The notes below the pieces were generated by a model. The model was given only the letters and a program-made list of their open reading frames with translations, searched no databases and was not told where the DNA came from. From Ideonella sp. WA131b (GTDB taxonomy: Bacteria > Pseudomonadota > Gammaproteobacteria > Burkholderiales > Burkholderiaceae_C): a stretch of DNA of 64,000 nucleotides. A program made the translations under genes and the position numbers. Positions 32,901-41,493 of the stretch are shown here, one piece after another (within the stretch, counting starts at the first letter, position 1; each line of letters opens with the position of its first letter). The stretch spans positions 50,431-114,430 of the forward strand of contig JAGTJW010000002.1 in NCBI GenBank assembly GCA_023657425.1. The letters run 5' to 3'.

Positions 32901-35521
32901 CCTTCAGCCGCATCGAGGCCATGGCCGCGGCCGGCAAGCCCTGCATCGCCGCCATCAATGGCGTGGCCCTGGGCGGTGGCCTGGAGTTCGCGCTGGCCTG
33001 CCACTGGCGCATCGCCGAGCCGGTGGCGCGTTTCGGGCAGCCCGAGATCCGCCTGCGCCTGCTGCCCGGCTACGGCGGCACGCAGCGCCTGCCGCGGCTG
33101 CTGCACGCCCGCCGCGGCGCCGCGGGGCTGGTGGATGCGCTGGAGCTGGTGCTGGGCGGGCGTTCGGTGGATGCCGCCACGGCGGCGCAGATGGGCCTGG
33201 TGGACGAGCTGGCGCAGGGCGCCGACGACGCGCTTTCGCTGGCACACCAGCGGCTGCGCGAGTTTGTGCGGCACGGCGAAGACTCACCGCTCGGCCGCGC
33301 CCTGGCCGCGCGCCGCGCGATGACAGCGCAGTGGGCGCAGCCGCTGCCCGGCCTGCCGGCGGTGCTGGATGCCGCGCTGGCCGACCCCCACCTGCGCAGG
33401 GTGCAGGCGCAGCTGGCCTGGGCCGGCCGCGGCACGGCGCGCGACCGTGCGCTCGACGCGCTGGCCACCGGCCTGCGCGAGGGCCTGGCCGCCGGCCTGG
33501 CGCGCGAGGCCGAACTGTTTGCGCAGGCCATCGTCGACCCCGAGGGGGGCAAGACCGGCATCGCCGAGTTCATGGACAAGCGCAGCCCGCCGCTGCCCAT
33601 GCGCCGCGGCGGCGTGCGCCGGCCGGCGCGCGAGCCGGGTCTGGTGGATGAGCTCGTGGCCCAGGGCCAGCTGCTGCCGCTGGGGGCGCCTTTCTTCCCG
33701 GGCGTGACGCCGCTGCCGGCCTGGCAGCTTGGCTTTGGCGTCGAACGCGATCCCGACACCGGCGCGCCGCGTTTCGGCCCGCCGCTGGCCAGCGAGGTCG
33801 AGCTGCTGTTCCCGGTGCCGCGGCCCGGCCCCAACGAGGCCGTGGTCTACGTGCTGGCGTCTGAAGTGAACTTCAACGACATCTGGGCACTCACCGGCAT
33901 CCCCGTCTCGGCCTTCGACGGCCACGAGGAAGACATCCAGATCACCGGCAGCGGCGGCGTGGCCTTGGTGGCCGCACTCGGCAGCGAGGCCCGCCGCGAA
34001 GGCCGGCTGAAGGTGGGCGACCTCGTTTCCATCTACTCGGGCCAGACCGAGCTGCTCTCGCCGCAGGCCGGGCGCGACCCCATGTTCGCGGCTTTTCGCA
34101 TCCAGGGCTACGAGAGCGAGACCGGCAGCCACGCGCAGTTCTTGCTCGTGCAGGCGCCGCAGCTGCACCCGGTGCCGGCCGACCTGACGCTGGAGCAGGC
34201 CGGCGCCTACACGCTGAACCTGGGCACCGTGAACCGCGCGCTGTTCACCACGCTGCAGGTGCGGCCGGGGCAGACGCTGTTCGTCGAAGGCGCGGCCACC
34301 GGCACGGGCCTGGATGCGCTGAAGACCGCCGTGCGCGCCGGGCTGAGCGTGACGGGCGGCGTGTCGAGCGCGGAGCGCGCCGCGGCCGTCGTGCGCGAAG
34401 GCGCGGTCGGCGCGCTCGACCGCCGTTCACCAGGCTTTGCAGCGCTGTACACGCCAGTGCCCGAAGGCGAAGAGGCCACCCGTGCCTGGGAGGCTGCCGG
34501 CGAGCCGCTGCTGGCGGCCTACCGCGCACTCAATGGCGGGCGCCTGGCCGACTGCGTGGTGTCGCATGCCGGTGAGACGGCGTTTGCGCGCAGCTTCCAG
34601 CTGCTGGCCAAGGGCGGCGCGCTGGCCTTCTACGGCGCCAGCTCGGGCTATCACTTCAGCTTCGTGGGCAAGGCCGGCCACGCCACGCCCGAGGCCATGC
34701 TGGCCCAGGCGCAGGCCCAGGCGGGCGAGTCGGTGCTGCTGTACTACGGCATCGACGGCCCGGCCCTGCTGGACGCCACCGGCCTGGCCATGCTCGAGGC
34801 CCTGCGCGCGATGGGCGCGCGCACGGTGGTGGCCTGCGCCAGCGACGCGCAGCGCGAGTTCGTGCAGTCGCTGGGCTTCGAAGACGCGCTGGCCGGCGTC
34901 GTCTCGCTCGAAGAAGTGCAGCGCCGCGCCGGCCTCGCCTTCCACTGGCCCCGCAGCATGCCGCGCCTGCCCGACGCCCGGGGCGACACCGAGGCCTTCA
35001 AGCAGGCCGTGCGCGACTTCCAGGAGAAGACGCTCAAACCTTTCGGCAACGCCGTGGGCGCCGCGCTGCGCAGCCCCGACAACCCGCGCGGCGCGCCCGA
35101 TCTCGTCATCGAGCGCGCCGGGCACGATGCGCTGGGCGTGTCGACGGCGCTGGTGAAGCCCTACACCGGCCGCGTCGTCTACTTCGAGAGCCTGGCGCAC
35201 CGCCGCTACAGCTTCTACGCGCCGCAGGTGTGGACGCGGCAGCGCCGCATCCTCATGCCGACGGCCCACATCCTGGGCACGCACCTGTGCAACGCCTTTG
35301 AAGTGACGCGCATGAACGACCGCATCGCCGCCGGGCTGCTGGCGGTGACCGAACCGACCGTGGTGCCCTGGGCGCAGCTGCCGCAGGCCCACCAGGCCAT
35401 GTGGGACAACGCCCACGCCGGTGCCACCTACCTCGTCAACCACGCGCTGCCGGCCCTGGGCCTGCGCGGGCGCGATGCGCTGCTGGAGCGCTGGGCGGCG
35501 GGCGAGCGGGCAACTCCTTGA
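29945..35521 (+). CDS. pcs: trifunctional propionyl-CoA synthase (acyl-CoA synthetase + enoyl-CoA hydratase + acrylyl-CoA reductase), ~1858 aa
   Basis: YTSGSTGKPKG, YWATEHGG, PETRSGKYMRR (ACS); NPPVNALN, GGGLEFALAC, PGYGGTQRLPR (ECH); SEVNFNDIW, GSHAQF, YTLNLGT (MDR reductase). Confidence 0.88.
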   Translation: MTESTASDTARGTTEPLPVPPPQPLRNPLRTRADWERQRQACLADPGAFHGAIAAREIHWWVPAGADPAIGAGGAWLTFDEAGGTWRGWCAASAGPVATALGEGFMPWARAFDDTQPPHWRWFSGGCTNAGFNEVDRHVLAGHGDEDAVIYEGDRWDMAADGGRGAPLESERISRRRLLLETAKCAVALRALGLKPGDRIALNLPNIPQQLYWTEAAKRLGIVYTPVFGGFSDKTLSDRIHDAGAQVVITADGGYRMAQVVPYKTAYTDPALDNFVPLATARAVVAARLPTLTLSPAQSQRLLAVLDEALAGEVTLLRGDVMRGVGRALAELGRAGLAAEAAGQVRVALAEALVHTPPRVQTVVVVRHTAQPDLVWRPERDRWAHELTDAALAPLLQAAGVANEAAMLALPAAELVRAVWAVVPPLKLDAEVPLFFIYTSGSTGKPKGVVHVHGGYTAGVAHTMKVAFDARPGEVMYVVADPGWITGQSYMISAALTTRVTSVMTEGAPVFPHAGRFASIIERYRVAIFKAGVTFLKTVMTDPQNAQDVQRHDMRSLRVATFCAEPTSPAVQQFGMGLMTPWYINSYWATEHGGIAWTHFYGNGDFPLRADAHTYPLPWIVGDVRIEDATAPAPAALPFAPFARAAGEGGAPWREAAAGEKGEIVIAAPYPYLARTVWGDAEGFRLEPAGAHGVGLRVVPAWRGDGERWRKTYWTRWQGAWAYTQGDFAVRHADGGYSLHGRSDDVINVSGHRIGTEEIEGAILRDKTLDPDSPVGNVIVVGAPHREKGLTPLAFVKPAAGRRLSQDDRRRLADLVRQEKGAVAVPGDFIEVTQFPETRSGKYMRRMVRALVEDLPVGDATTLKNPESIEELARAIGAWKRAQQLADEQQLFERHRYFRIQVNAIAPGRRVATVFVTNPPVNALNERALDELNLVVDHLARRDDMAGVVFTGDGGSFIAGADIRQLLEEVRHIEQARVLPHNAQLAFSRIEAMAAAGKPCIAAINGVALGGGLEFALACHWRIAEPVARFGQPEIRLRLLPGYGGTQRLPRLLHARRGAAGLVDALELVLGGRSVDAATAAQMGLVDELAQGADDALSLAHQRLREFVRHGEDSPLGRALAARRAMTAQWAQPLPGLPAVLDAALADPHLRRVQAQLAWAGRGTARDRALDALATGLREGLAAGLAREAELFAQAIVDPEGGKTGIAEFMDKRSPPLPMRRGGVRRPAREPGLVDELVAQGQLLPLGAPFFPGVTPLPAWQLGFGVERDPDTGAPRFGPPLASEVELLFPVPRPGPNEAVVYVLASEVNFNDIWALTGIPVSAFDGHEEDIQITGSGGVALVAALGSEARREGRLKVGDLVSIYSGQTELLSPQAGRDPMFAAFRIQGYESETGSHAQFLLVQAPQLHPVPADLTLEQAGAYTLNLGTVNRALFTTLQVRPGQTLFVEGAATGTGLDALKTAVRAGLSVTGGVSSAERAAAVVREGAVGALDRRSPGFAALYTPVPEGEEATRAWEAAGEPLLAAYRALNGGRLADCVVSHAGETAFARSFQLLAKGGALAFYGASSGYHFSFVGKAGHATPEAMLAQAQAQAGESVLLYYGIDGPALLDATGLAMLEALRAMGARTVVACASDAQREFVQSLGFEDALAGVVSLEEVQRRAGLAFHWPRSMPRLPDARGDTEAFKQAVRDFQEKTLKPFGNAVGAALRSPDNPRGAPDLVIERAGHDALGVSTALVKPYTGRVVYFESLAHRRYSFYAPQVWTRQRRILMPTAHILGTHLCNAFEVTRMNDRIAAGLLAVTEPTVVPWAQLPQAHQAMWDNAHAGATYLVNHALPALGLRGRDALLERWAAGERATP

Positions 35522-35599
35522 GCAAACCGAGACCCTCGGCCCGCGCTCGAGAAGGCGTTTCCGTCGCCAAGAGGCCGAACGCGACAATCTCTGGCGTCC

Positions 35600-36478
35600 T
35601 CAATCCAGCGCCAGCGCCATCCTTGGCCACAGCGCCCTTTCGGCTGCTCGGCGAAACGCCCCGACGTGGCCGATGTCCCGCATGCCGACATCGCCGGGCG
35701 AGAGCACTTGCACGACCGCTGGGGCATGGGGCATGGCCGCCAGCAGCTTGCGCGTGCACGCCTCGGTCATCGTGTCGTCGTCGGTGAAGCTGAAGGCCTG
35801 GATCGGGAAGCGGGCCGACCGCAGGCTGTCCCGCACCAGCTCGGGCTGCGCACCCCATGCGAAATCGGGGTGACGGCACCAGCGCATCCACTGGCGGGCT
35901 GCGGGTCCCGGCAGATCGCTGACCATCCGTAGACGCCGCCCCGGAAAGTACCCCAGCAGCGGCGTGAGCAGCGGCCCGGCCAGGTGCAGCATCAGCGGCG
36001 CCAAGCGCCGACTGGGTGCGGCCCAATCGCGCCAGTAGCCCGATCCCGCGGCCACCGAAACCGCCACGCGCAGGCGAGCCTGCGCAGCCGCCTCCGTCAT
36101 CGCGGCGTGGTGCATGCCCAGGCTGTGGCCGATCAGCGCGATCGGCCGGCCACCGGCGCGGTCTGACAGGGCGTGTACGGCAGCAGAGAAGTCCTGCCGG
36201 GCCCAGGTCAGCATGTCGGCGTCCAGCCCACGCAGCGAGCGCATCCCGGGTGGGCGAGACAAGCCCATGCCTCGCAAATCAAAAGTCATCACGCGGTACC
36301 CCCGGGCGGCCAGCCAAGTGGCGAAGGGCGCGTAGAAGCGCTGGGGGATTCCCAGGCCGCCAGCCACCAGCACCGCGTCGTAGCTCAGACCCGCAGGCTC
36401 GAACATGCGGGCTTGAAGCGCCGTGCCGTCGCGGGCTGTCAAGATCCAGGGCGTTCCCGCCGCCTCGTTCTGGTTCAC
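35600..36478 (-). CDS. alpha/beta hydrolase
   Basis: GGLGIPQRFY, FDLRGMG, GHSLG, FTDDD, IGHVGAFR; GTG start overlaps the sigma-factor stop. Confidence 0.85.
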   Translation of the reverse strand: MNQNEAAGTPWILTARDGTALQARMFEPAGLSYDAVLVAGGLGIPQRFYAPFATWLAARGYRVMTFDLRGMGLSRPPGMRSLRGLDADMLTWARQDFSAAVHALSDRAGGRPIALIGHSLGMHHAAMTEAAAQARLRVAVSVAAGSGYWRDWAAPSRRLAPLMLHLAGPLLTPLLGYFPGRRLRMVSDLPGPAARQWMRWCRHPDFAWGAQPELVRDSLRSARFPIQAFSFTDDDTMTEACTRKLLAAMPHAPAVVQVLSPGDVGMRDIGHVGAFRRAAERALWPRMALALD

Positions 36479-37347
36479 TGCGGTAACCCGCGCTGAAGAA
36501 AGCCTTCCTGTGTCAGCACTGCGCGGATCGCCGCCAGCATCGCCGTGGGCGCTGCGGCCGCCTGACGGGCTCGAAAGAGCGCAGCTGCATCGCCAACCCG
36601 CACGAATGCGTCGAATGCTCGCTCGGCCTGTGCCCGCTCCTGCCGAGTCGATGCCTCTGCGCTCCCGTTGCGTGGCCCCGGGGGCCGCAAATGCCGCAAC
36701 GCCGGCAGCTGCCGTTCGCACCGGCAGGCCGCCTTTTCGCTCACCAGCCCGCACTGGCCGCGCGTGAAGTCGGCCAGCCGCGCACGGCTACGGGACAGCC
36801 TCTTTCGGTAGGCAGCGGGCGTGACCCCCACCACTTCGGCGGCCACGGTTGACGGCAGATCGAACACCGTGTCGAGCACGTAGACCAGCCGGTCTTCGCG
36901 GTCCAGCGCCATCAGCATGTTCTGCGTGCAGGACAGCGCCAGCTCGCGCGCCTCGAGCTTGTCCTGGGGCGTCAGCGCAAAGGGCCCGCCTTGGGCGTGG
37001 GTCAATCGCTCGGACAAGGCGAGCCCGGCCCCCAGTTTCTCGGCAAGGGCGTCCAGCGACAGCACCGGCGCCTCGGCAGCCGAGGTACGCGCCGTGATCA
37101 GGTGGTTGTGCGCCACGCGCCACACCCAGGTGGTGAAGGCTGCCTCGCCCCGAAAACCGCCCAGGTTCGTGACGATCTTGAGCAGGATCTCCTGCGTGGC
37201 GTCGGCGGCGTCGTCGCGGTGCCCCAGCACACGCAACGCCAGGTTGAACACCCCGGGCTGCAGCGAAGTCAGCAGCCGGTCGAGCGCGGCCAGATCGCCC
37301 TGCTGAGCGGCTGCCAGGGTCTCGGGCGACGGTGCGGTGATCTTCAT
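36475..37347 (-). CDS. ECF-type RNA polymerase sigma factor with Cys-containing C-terminal extension
   Basis: DAADATQEILLK, FTTWVWRVAHN (region 2); YRKRLSRSR (region 4); CTQNML and CGLVSEKAACRC. Confidence 0.88.
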   Translation of the reverse strand: MKITAPSPETLAAAQQGDLAALDRLLTSLQPGVFNLALRVLGHRDDAADATQEILLKIVTNLGGFRGEAAFTTWVWRVAHNHLITARTSAAEAPVLSLDALAEKLGAGLALSERLTHAQGGPFALTPQDKLEARELALSCTQNMLMALDREDRLVYVLDTVFDLPSTVAAEVVGVTPAAYRKRLSRSRARLADFTRGQCGLVSEKAACRCERQLPALRHLRPPGPRNGSAEASTRQERAQAERAFDAFVRVGDAAALFRARQAAAAPTAMLAAIRAVLTQEGFLQRGLPQ

Positions 37348-37356
37348 GGCAGTGAC

Positions 37357-38136
37357 TCAGAGCCCGGGCACGGCAGGCTGGTTGGCGGCGAGTTTGCTTG
37401 GGGTGAGGATGGCCGTGTCGAACCACTCCAGGGTCGCGTCGGTGCCGTAGGTCGCTCGGACGCGCTCCTTCCAGGCAGCATTGAACCATTGCTCGGCTGC
37501 GGCCTGGTCCTTCCAGAGGTAGATGCCGCCAAACCGGCCGTCTTCGGTGATGATGAAATACTTTCGCAACAGGCCCGGCACGGCACGGTAGGTGGGGATG
37601 GCGGCCTGGAATTCCTGCACCAGCCGGGCCTTGCCGATGCCGGCGGGTGTCGGGATGGTGACCAGGGTCGAGACGCTGGCGCCGTCCATTTGCGCCGGTG
37701 TTCCGCCGGGCGTGTTGTCGATGGCCACCGGCACTTCGTAGAACCGCACCTGGCCTTTGGCGCCGCGTTCCTTCTCGACGCGTTCGAACCACGCGGGGTT
37801 GAACCAGGCGCGCGCGCTGGCCAGGTCCTTCCAAAGGTACAGCCCGCCGTAGTGACCGTCGGCCTGGGCGATGGCGTAGGCCTTGAACGACAGCCCGGGG
37901 ATGGAGTCGTAAGTCGGGGCGGTCTCGCGCATCCGGCGCCACACCAGCATCTTGGGCGCGTACCACGGGGTGGGCACCTTCACGATTGCAGCCACGGCCG
38001 AGGTGGTTGCATAGCCTTCGCCGCCCTGGGCCTGGGCCGACGCAGCGGGTACGAGCAGCGCGGCGCCGGTGCTCAGGGATGCCAGCAGGCGCAGTGGACC
38101 TCGGCGGCGGGTGAGCTCGCGTGGGCTTGTCGACAT
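37357..38136 (-). CDS. exported protein with tandem YdhR-like (ferredoxin-fold, monooxygenase-like) domains
   Basis: Two repeats, PGLSFKAY...YGGLYLWKD and PGLLRKYF...FGGIYLWKD; N-terminal Arg-rich signal ending ASAQA. Confidence 0.75.
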   Translation of the reverse strand: MSTSPRELTRRRGPLRLLASLSTGAALLVPAASAQAQGGEGYATTSAVAAIVKVPTPWYAPKMLVWRRMRETAPTYDSIPGLSFKAYAIAQADGHYGGLYLWKDLASARAWFNPAWFERVEKERGAKGQVRFYEVPVAIDNTPGGTPAQMDGASVSTLVTIPTPAGIGKARLVQEFQAAIPTYRAVPGLLRKYFIITEDGRFGGIYLWKDQAAAEQWFNAAWKERVRATYGTDATLEWFDTAILTPSKLAANQPAVPGL

Positions 38137-38187
38137 GGCGTGTCCTCGGGTGGTCACGCGGGCAGGATCGTCCGCGTTGATTCCTTG

Positions 38188-38214
38188 GACAGGAAATCCG
38201 ACACCGCTGTGACC
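38188..38214 (-). promoter_or_regulatory. putative ECF sigma-dependent (autoregulatory) promoter
   Basis: Minus-strand GGTCACA-N16-TGTC about 50 nt upstream of the first gene of the ECF operon. Confidence 0.5.
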
Positions 38215-38751
38215 GGCGCGGCCACGACCCGCAGATCCTGGCGTCAGCGTCGAGGGGATCTCACAGGACCACAGCATCAACACCGATCAGCAGTTGGGGC
38301 AACGGCCTCGTGTTGCGGATCATGAAGCCCATGGCCAAGACAGCAGGGGTGGTCGGAGGCTCTCCCGGTTCGGGAAACGGTCAAGCCAGGCCGCTGAAGT
38401 CCTCGCCGCGAAAGAAGTGGCCACCGATGAAGCCCGTGCCAAGCCCATAGGCGATGCCCCCATCGACGCCTTCCGGCCAGCCACTGACTTTGGCTCTGCC
38501 AGGGGCCAGAGCCACCGCCCGCGTTCCCAGGAATCTCGCCTGGCCAGAACTGTCGGCGCGGACTTGACTGAGGATCGCTCGGCCGAAGCCGACCGCGGCA
38601 CGAGCCCGCCGGGCCAGGCAACAGAGCTGGAGAGCCACGGCGCGCCGGGTGGCTCCGCACAGAGCACGGTGCGAGAACTCTCCAGGCAACCACAGCCGCC
38701 CATCAAGAGTGGCATCGTCGATCGCTTATCGAGAGTCGCCATCGCTCTGGC

Positions 38752-38779
38752 TCAAGTTTCTGAGGCTCTGCGACGAAAA
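38752..38779 (+). promoter_or_regulatory. putative sigma28 (FliA) promoter
   Basis: TCAAGTTT-N12-GACGAAAA versus consensus TAAAGTTT-N11-GCCGATAA; 40 nt upstream of an MCP. Confidence 0.4.
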
Positions 38780-38819
38780 CACATGGAATCTCAACCCTTG
38801 GATCTCGGACGCAAGCCCC

Positions 38820-40589
38820 ATGAAACTCTCGACCTTGACCATCGGCCGTCGACTTCAGCTCGGCTTCGGCATCATCCTGGCGATCCTTGCCGCAGTGGCT
38901 GGCACTGCGATGTTGAGAGTGGGAGCCATCGAGGCGGCCCTGAAGTCCAACAGCCAGGAACACACCCACATTCAGCGCTACGCCATCAATTTCCGCGGAT
39001 CGGCGCATGACCGCGCCATTGCCGCACGCGACTACGTGCTGGCCGCCTCCGCAGAATTGCGGCAGAAAGAAGCGGCCACCATCGACGCGTTGGCCAAGTT
39101 CTATGCCGATTCGGCCCAGCCGCTGGAAAAGTTGATCGGCCAGTCTGCAGACGGTGCCGAGCTCCAGCGGCTGTATGGCGCCATCAAGGAGATCGAGAGC
39201 GAGTCGGTCGCCACCACCAAGGCCTTGATCGCCGCCGTTGACCAGGGTGACGCCGCAACCGCCCAGACACTCTTGTGGTCCAAAGCGAAACCGCAGTACG
39301 AGCAATGGCTGGCGTCGATCAACAAGCTGATCGACTTTGAAGAGGCGAAAGTCCAGACCCACAACAAGATCGCGCTTGAAGAGGCTGCCGGCTTTCGTGC
39401 CGTCATGCTGACGGCATTGGCGCTGGCCCTGGGTTGCGGCATCGGCATGGCCTGGGTCATCTCTCGCAGCATCGTCTCGCAGCTGGGTGCCGAGCCGGCT
39501 GCCCTGGGCGAAGCGGCCCACCGCGTTGCCGCAGGCGACCTGAGCAGCGTGCCTGGCGCGGCTCAGGCTCCGGCCGGCAGCGTGCTGGCGTCCCTGGGCG
39601 CGATGCAGGAAGCCCTGGCACGCGTCGTCGGCCAGGTGCGCCAGGCCTCCGAGTCGATCGCTACGGGCTCGACCGAGATCGCCAATGGCAACTCGGACCT
39701 GTCCCAACGCACGGAGTTGCAGGCGGGCAACCTGCAGCAGACCGCGGCCACCATGGAGCAACTGGGCACCACGGTTCGCAACAACGCCGACAGTGCCAAG
39801 CAGGCGAATCAGCTGGCGCAGAGCGCCTCAGCCGTGGCGGCGCAAGGCGGGGAAGTGGTGGGCAAGGTGGTCACCACGATGCAGGGCATCAACGACAGCA
39901 GCCGCAAGATTGGCGACATCATCAGCGTCATCGACGGCATTGCCTTCCAGACCAACATCCTGGCCCTGAACGCGGCGGTCGAGGCCGCACGGGCCGGTGA
40001 GCAAGGTCGCGGCTTTGCCGTCGTGGCGTCCGAAGTGCGCAGCCTGGCCCAACGCAGCGCCGAGGCAGCCAAGGAGATCAAGACCCTCATCGGCCGCAGC
40101 GTCGAGCAGGTGGAGCAAGGCACGGTGCTGGTCGACCAGGCGGGCAAGACGATGGGGGAGATCGTGGGTTCGATCCAGCGCGTCAGCGGCATCGTCGCTG
40201 AGATCACCTCGGCCACGGTCGAGCAAAGCTCTGGCGTCCGGCAAGTCGGCGAGGCCGTCAGCCAGATGGACCAGGCCACGCAGCAGAACGCCGCGCTCGT
40301 GGAGGAGAGCGCCGCCGCCGCCGAAAGCCTGAGGGGCCAGGCACAGCAACTGGTGCAGGCCGTCGCGGTGTTCAAGCTGTCCCATGAATCGCATGCGGGT
40401 GCAGCCTACGCAGCACAGCCGGCAGCCAACGCGCCCAGCGGCGAGCGCCGCGGCCCTCACCGGGCCACGAACGTCACCCGTCCGGCGTTCGAGGCAAGAC
40501 CGGCTGCGGCATCGGCGCCGGCCGGCGAGCCGAGCAAGGGGGCCTGCGCCCCGGAAAAAACGGGCACCGACGACTGGGCGTCGTTCTGA
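38820..40589 (+). CDS. methyl-accepting chemotaxis protein
   Basis: Two TM helices flanking a helical sensor domain; [33 protein letters not shown]; C-terminal DWASF pentapeptide. Confidence 0.95.
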   Translation: MKLSTLTIGRRLQLGFGIILAILAAVAGTAMLRVGAIEAALKSNSQEHTHIQRYAINFRGSAHDRAIAARDYVLAASAELRQKEAATIDALAKFYADSAQPLEKLIGQSADGAELQRLYGAIKEIESESVATTKALIAAVDQGDAATAQTLLWSKAKPQYEQWLASINKLIDFEEAKVQTHNKIALEEAAGFRAVMLTALALALGCGIGMAWVISRSIVSQLGAEPAALGEAAHRVAAGDLSSVPGAAQAPAGSVLASLGAMQEALARVVGQVRQASESIATGSTEIANGNSDLSQRTELQAGNLQQTAATMEQLGTTVRNNADSAKQANQLAQSASAVAAQGGEVVGKVVTTMQGINDSSRKIGDIISVIDGIAFQTNILALNAAVEAARAGEQGRGFAVVASEVRSLAQRSAEAAKEIKTLIGRSVEQVEQGTVLVDQAGKTMGEIVGSIQRVSGIVAEITSATVEQSSGVRQVGEAVSQMDQATQQNAALVEESAAAAESLRGQAQQLVQAVAVFKLSHESHAGAAYAAQPAANAPSGERRGPHRATNVTRPAFEARPAAASAPAGEPSKGACAPEKTGTDDWASF

Positions 40590-40638
40590 GCTCGGCCCGC
40601 CTGATCACAACCGATCCCGGCACCCCAAGGAGTCCGAA

Positions 40639-41166
40639 GTGACCTCGGTCCTCGACGAACAGAAGGTCGTGACACCTGGCCCGACGCCGGCGGTTACGGC
40701 ATCCACCACAGCGGCTGAACGTGCGGCAGCGATGCCCAACGAGTTCCTGAGCTTTCGGCTTGGCGGTGAAGAGTACGGCATCGACATCCTGCGCGTGCAG
40801 GAGATCCGCAGCTACGAATCGCCCACGCGCATTGCCAATGCGCCCCACTTCATCAAGGGTGTGGTGAACCTGCGCGGTGTGATCGTGCCCATAGTCGATC
40901 TGCGCCTCAAGCTTGCCTGCGAGACGGCCGAGTACACCGACTTCACCGTCGTCATCGTGTTGAACCTGCTTGGACGGGTGATGGGCGTGGTGGTTGATTC
41001 GGTGTCCGACGTCTTGGCGCTGGGCGCGGACAGCATCAGACCTGCGCCTCAGATGACCACGTCGGTGGATGCCGGCTGCATCATGGGCATGGGCTGCGTC
41101 AGAACTGGCGATGTCGAGCGCATGCTGATCCTGACCGACATCGAATCGCTGCTGGGGAACACCTAA
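40639..41166 (+). CDS. cheW: chemotaxis protein CheW
   Basis: [48 protein letters not shown]; AAGGAG SD before GTG. Confidence 0.93.
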   Translation: MTSVLDEQKVVTPGPTPAVTASTTAAERAAAMPNEFLSFRLGGEEYGIDILRVQEIRSYESPTRIANAPHFIKGVVNLRGVIVPIVDLRLKLACETAEYTDFTVVIVLNLLGRVMGVVVDSVSDVLALGADSIRPAPQMTTSVDAGCIMGMGCVRTGDVERMLILTDIESLLGNT

Positions 41167-41238
41167 TGGGGGCCGCCGGACGCCAAGCATCACTGATCAC
41201 TCGCTGAGTTCCGTGCTTGGCCGCCGACGCCAACGCGC

Positions 41239-41448
41239 TCAGTCGATCGACTCCCGGCGACGGCGACGACTCCCCATGAGCCCCGGCGCCGCAATGCCAC
41301 CAACAACTGCAGCCACGAAGGCCCAGCGACCGAGAGCTACCCCAAGCGGCACGCCACACTCGGCACAGCGCAAGCTGATCGGTTTCGAGGTCTCGCAGAA
41401 TCGTCGGCGGCAGGGCACTTTGTGCGGCGGGACGCTACAGTCGTGCAC
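41239..41448 (-). CDS. possible small Cys-rich membrane protein
   Basis: C-x4-C-x9-CAECG, then a hydrophobic helix and RRRRR; 69 aa; weak support. Confidence 0.3.
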   Translation of the reverse strand: MHDCSVPPHKVPCRRRFCETSKPISLRCAECGVPLGVALGRWAFVAAVVGGIAAPGLMGSRRRRRESID

Positions 41449-41493
41449 GGTCCCAGCCTTCAGGCCCGGACAGCCGCTGGCAGGGAGGGCCGC

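Noticed and set aside
29489-33274. 1261-aa minus-strand ORF and similar long antisense ORFs (e.g. 13788-16676, 10844-12997, 20466-23114)
   Set aside because: Stop-poor antisense frames are expected at this GC content; no recognisable motifs, and they overlap confident genes.
35555-35580. GGCGTTTCCGTCGCC resembling the dusA 5' end (GGCGCCTGTCCGTCGCC) as a possible att duplication
   Set aside because: Only ~9 contiguous GC-rich identical bases and no integrase nearby; consistent with chance.
38294-38819. ORFs in the gap upstream of the first MCP
   Set aside because: No SD-linked start and no recognisable domain in any frame; no riboswitch consensus (e.g. c-di-GMP-I) could be matched by eye.
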